Under the pieces are notes generated by a model. The model ran no database searches, had not been told where the DNA came from, and worked only from the letters and a program-made list of their open reading frames with translations. Positions 62,116 through 64,000 of a stretch of 64,000 bases of DNA are shown here, piece after piece (within the stretch, counting starts at the first letter, position 1; every line of letters begins with the position of its first letter). Origin of the DNA: Geosiphon pyriformis uo1 (taxonomy: Eukaryota > Fungi > Glomeromycota). The DNA lies in NCBI GenBank assembly GCA_016748015.1, contig JAAOMT010000369.1, positions 62,001-126,000 of the forward strand, given 5' to 3'. The position numbers and the translations under genes were made by a program.

Positions 62116-64000
62116 ACCTCCAAAAATTCTCAAAAAAGCACATTTTCTGATAAAGAAGTTTTCTAATTTTTTCTTGCTAGTTTTTTTACTATTTCTTTAA
62201 GTAATAACTCTTTCATTGTGGATTTAAAGGCTGCTTCAGATAGTGACATGTCAAAAAAAAAGGCACCCAAAGGAGCTTTCCATGGTCTTGCTGGTAGTTC
62301 TTTTGCTCAAAAGAAAAAAGTGGTTCTTGGGAATGTTAAACACTCTGGTGATAAGAAGGATATCTTCTTAAGTAATTCTGGACCTAGTAATAGTGTGTAT
62401 TCTAATATAGATAGTTTGTCTGGTAATAATAAAAATATAGGCATGGCTGGTGTACATGATAAGTCTCTTCTGGGTTTGGCTGTAACCATTTCCAAGGCAA
62501 AACATATCAATATTAATGCAGTATTTGGCTCTTCACTTGGCTCTCCTGATTTTACTATAGATAATAATGAAATTGTGCTTCTCCTTCACTCATTTATCTC
62601 TCTGGAAAAAAAGTAAAGATCTTCAAAACTCCAGTGGAAGTGTCAGTCAAAAAATCATTTGCTTTGAATATTGATATTTCTGCAGTAGAAGGCAAATCAG
62701 TCACAGCAAAAACTCAGCTTGTTAGAAAAAATTTTTCAACTATCAATGGTTTTGGGGAGGCCACTACCCTCTCAAAATTTGAGGAGATCATTAGATCTAT
62801 CTTCACTTCAGAAAAAAGCATGAATATGACCACTTTATTGGCTAGAAAAAAAGGTATCTCTGTAAACACTGATCTTAAAAAACAAAGTATCTATTCAGAT
62901 CAGGCTGTAGTCATAAAAGAAATTCCCATGGATATGCCTAAGGAAATGATCATCGCTGTAGTATCTAAATTTGGTGATATTAAGTCAATCAGAGTTCAAT
63001 TAATTGGCATGTGGCAAAAGGCCATAGTAGAATTTGCTAGTTCAGATCAGACTGAACAACTGGCATTTAGATGGTCCTTTCTTATTGGGAAAAACTTTGT
63101 GCATGTGGCTATGGCTATAAAAAATTATGAGACATAGGCTTCTAGGAATCAGTTTAGAACACTTTTGTTTACTCTACCAATAAGAACAATGGCACATGAT
63201 CTTGGCACTCTCTTGGATAGAGCTGGTGGGAAAACATGTGTGATTAATTATTCTGTTGGTACTGGCAATAAAATCCGTTGTGCTGTGATTGGCTTTGAAT
63301 CTGAAGAGGATCTGGAGTCTGCTTATTGCATTGAACCAATATTTAGTGGTATTAAACTTTCTTGGGCAAGAATAGATCTGGTTTGGTGTGAATGTTGTGG
63401 GAAATTTGGTCATTCTGTTTTGAAGTGTGATGCCACAATTACATCCTCTTTCAAGCCAGTCAAACTATTTAAAAAAAGTACTTCAGAGGTTACTCATCTT
63501 CGTCTAGTTAAATTGTATGCCAAAAAAAATGTTTCCATCTCTCATTCAACTGCTTTTGGTAACAGGTCTTGGGCTCAAGTAGTTCTGGCTGCATCCACCT
63601 CTCATAATCATTCTGCCAAGGCAGGCTCTGGTCCTTTTCCTATTGTTGGTATGAATTCTAATGGCAAACACTCCTTTCTTACTTTATTGAACTCTTCTTT
63701 AAATGCATGTTTGTCAACATTGGAGTGTTCTCTTAAGCTTTTGTTTAATCAAGTATCGGACATTGTAAAACAGTTGAATGGTATTGCACTGGTGTCTTTG
63801 ACACCCGTCTCTGAACAGAGCCTTTCAACTTCTGTTTTTTAGTCTCTTATTCCAGTTCTGTTTGCAGTTGTGGATTCTAGTGTAAATTTGGATATGGTTT
63901 TGGATATTCCTGATGCTTGTTCTGCATTCTTTTTTCCTGTTGCTAATGATGCCTCAGTTCTTAATTCAAGTAACACAAGAGTGTTAACTTCTAAGGTTGG
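62116..64000 (+). mobile_element. LINE copy F: 5' UTR and ORF1; runs off the window end
   Basis: VKKSFALNI, SKFGDIKSIRVQLIGMWQKAIVEF and knuckle CECCGKFGHSVLKC. Confidence 0.88.

Overview
AT-rich, intron-containing eukaryotic DNA, most consistent with a Glomeromycotina-type fungus (inferred from the repeat and gene families, not verified). Most of the window is decayed transposons, and none has intact reading frames. Positions 1-40.7 kb are a nested stack. An old LINE (APE-RT-RNase H-Zn finger type) is split by a full-length LINE (5102-12023, 11-bp TSD), by an antisense full-length LINE (12608-27059, 11-bp TSD) that carries a complete Ty3/Gypsy element (17302-24988, 4-bp TSD), and by a ~1-kb MITE-like unit. 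More copies of that unit form a long inverted repeat, one of which holds a third full-length LINE (30378-37103). A ~2.3-kb ORF1-only element ending in the LINE 3' tail follows. Positions 41.4-55.9 kb are CpG-retaining host DNA with a scrambled 28S rRNA relic carrying tandem repeats at the R2 target site, an EDE1/Eps15-like pseudogene and an apparently intact SFP1-like zinc-finger gene. A truncated Gypsy copy and more LINE pieces fill 56-64 kb. Best leads: (1) a shared, probably pseudoknotted 3' RNA tail used by both autonomous LINEs and an ORF1-only (HAL1-like) element; (2) ATGA stop-start coupling of LINE ORF1/ORF2; (3) an unknown Gypsy ORF3; (4) the 28S relic; (5) RIP-like transition hypermutation confined to repeats. 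All alignments were done by eye.
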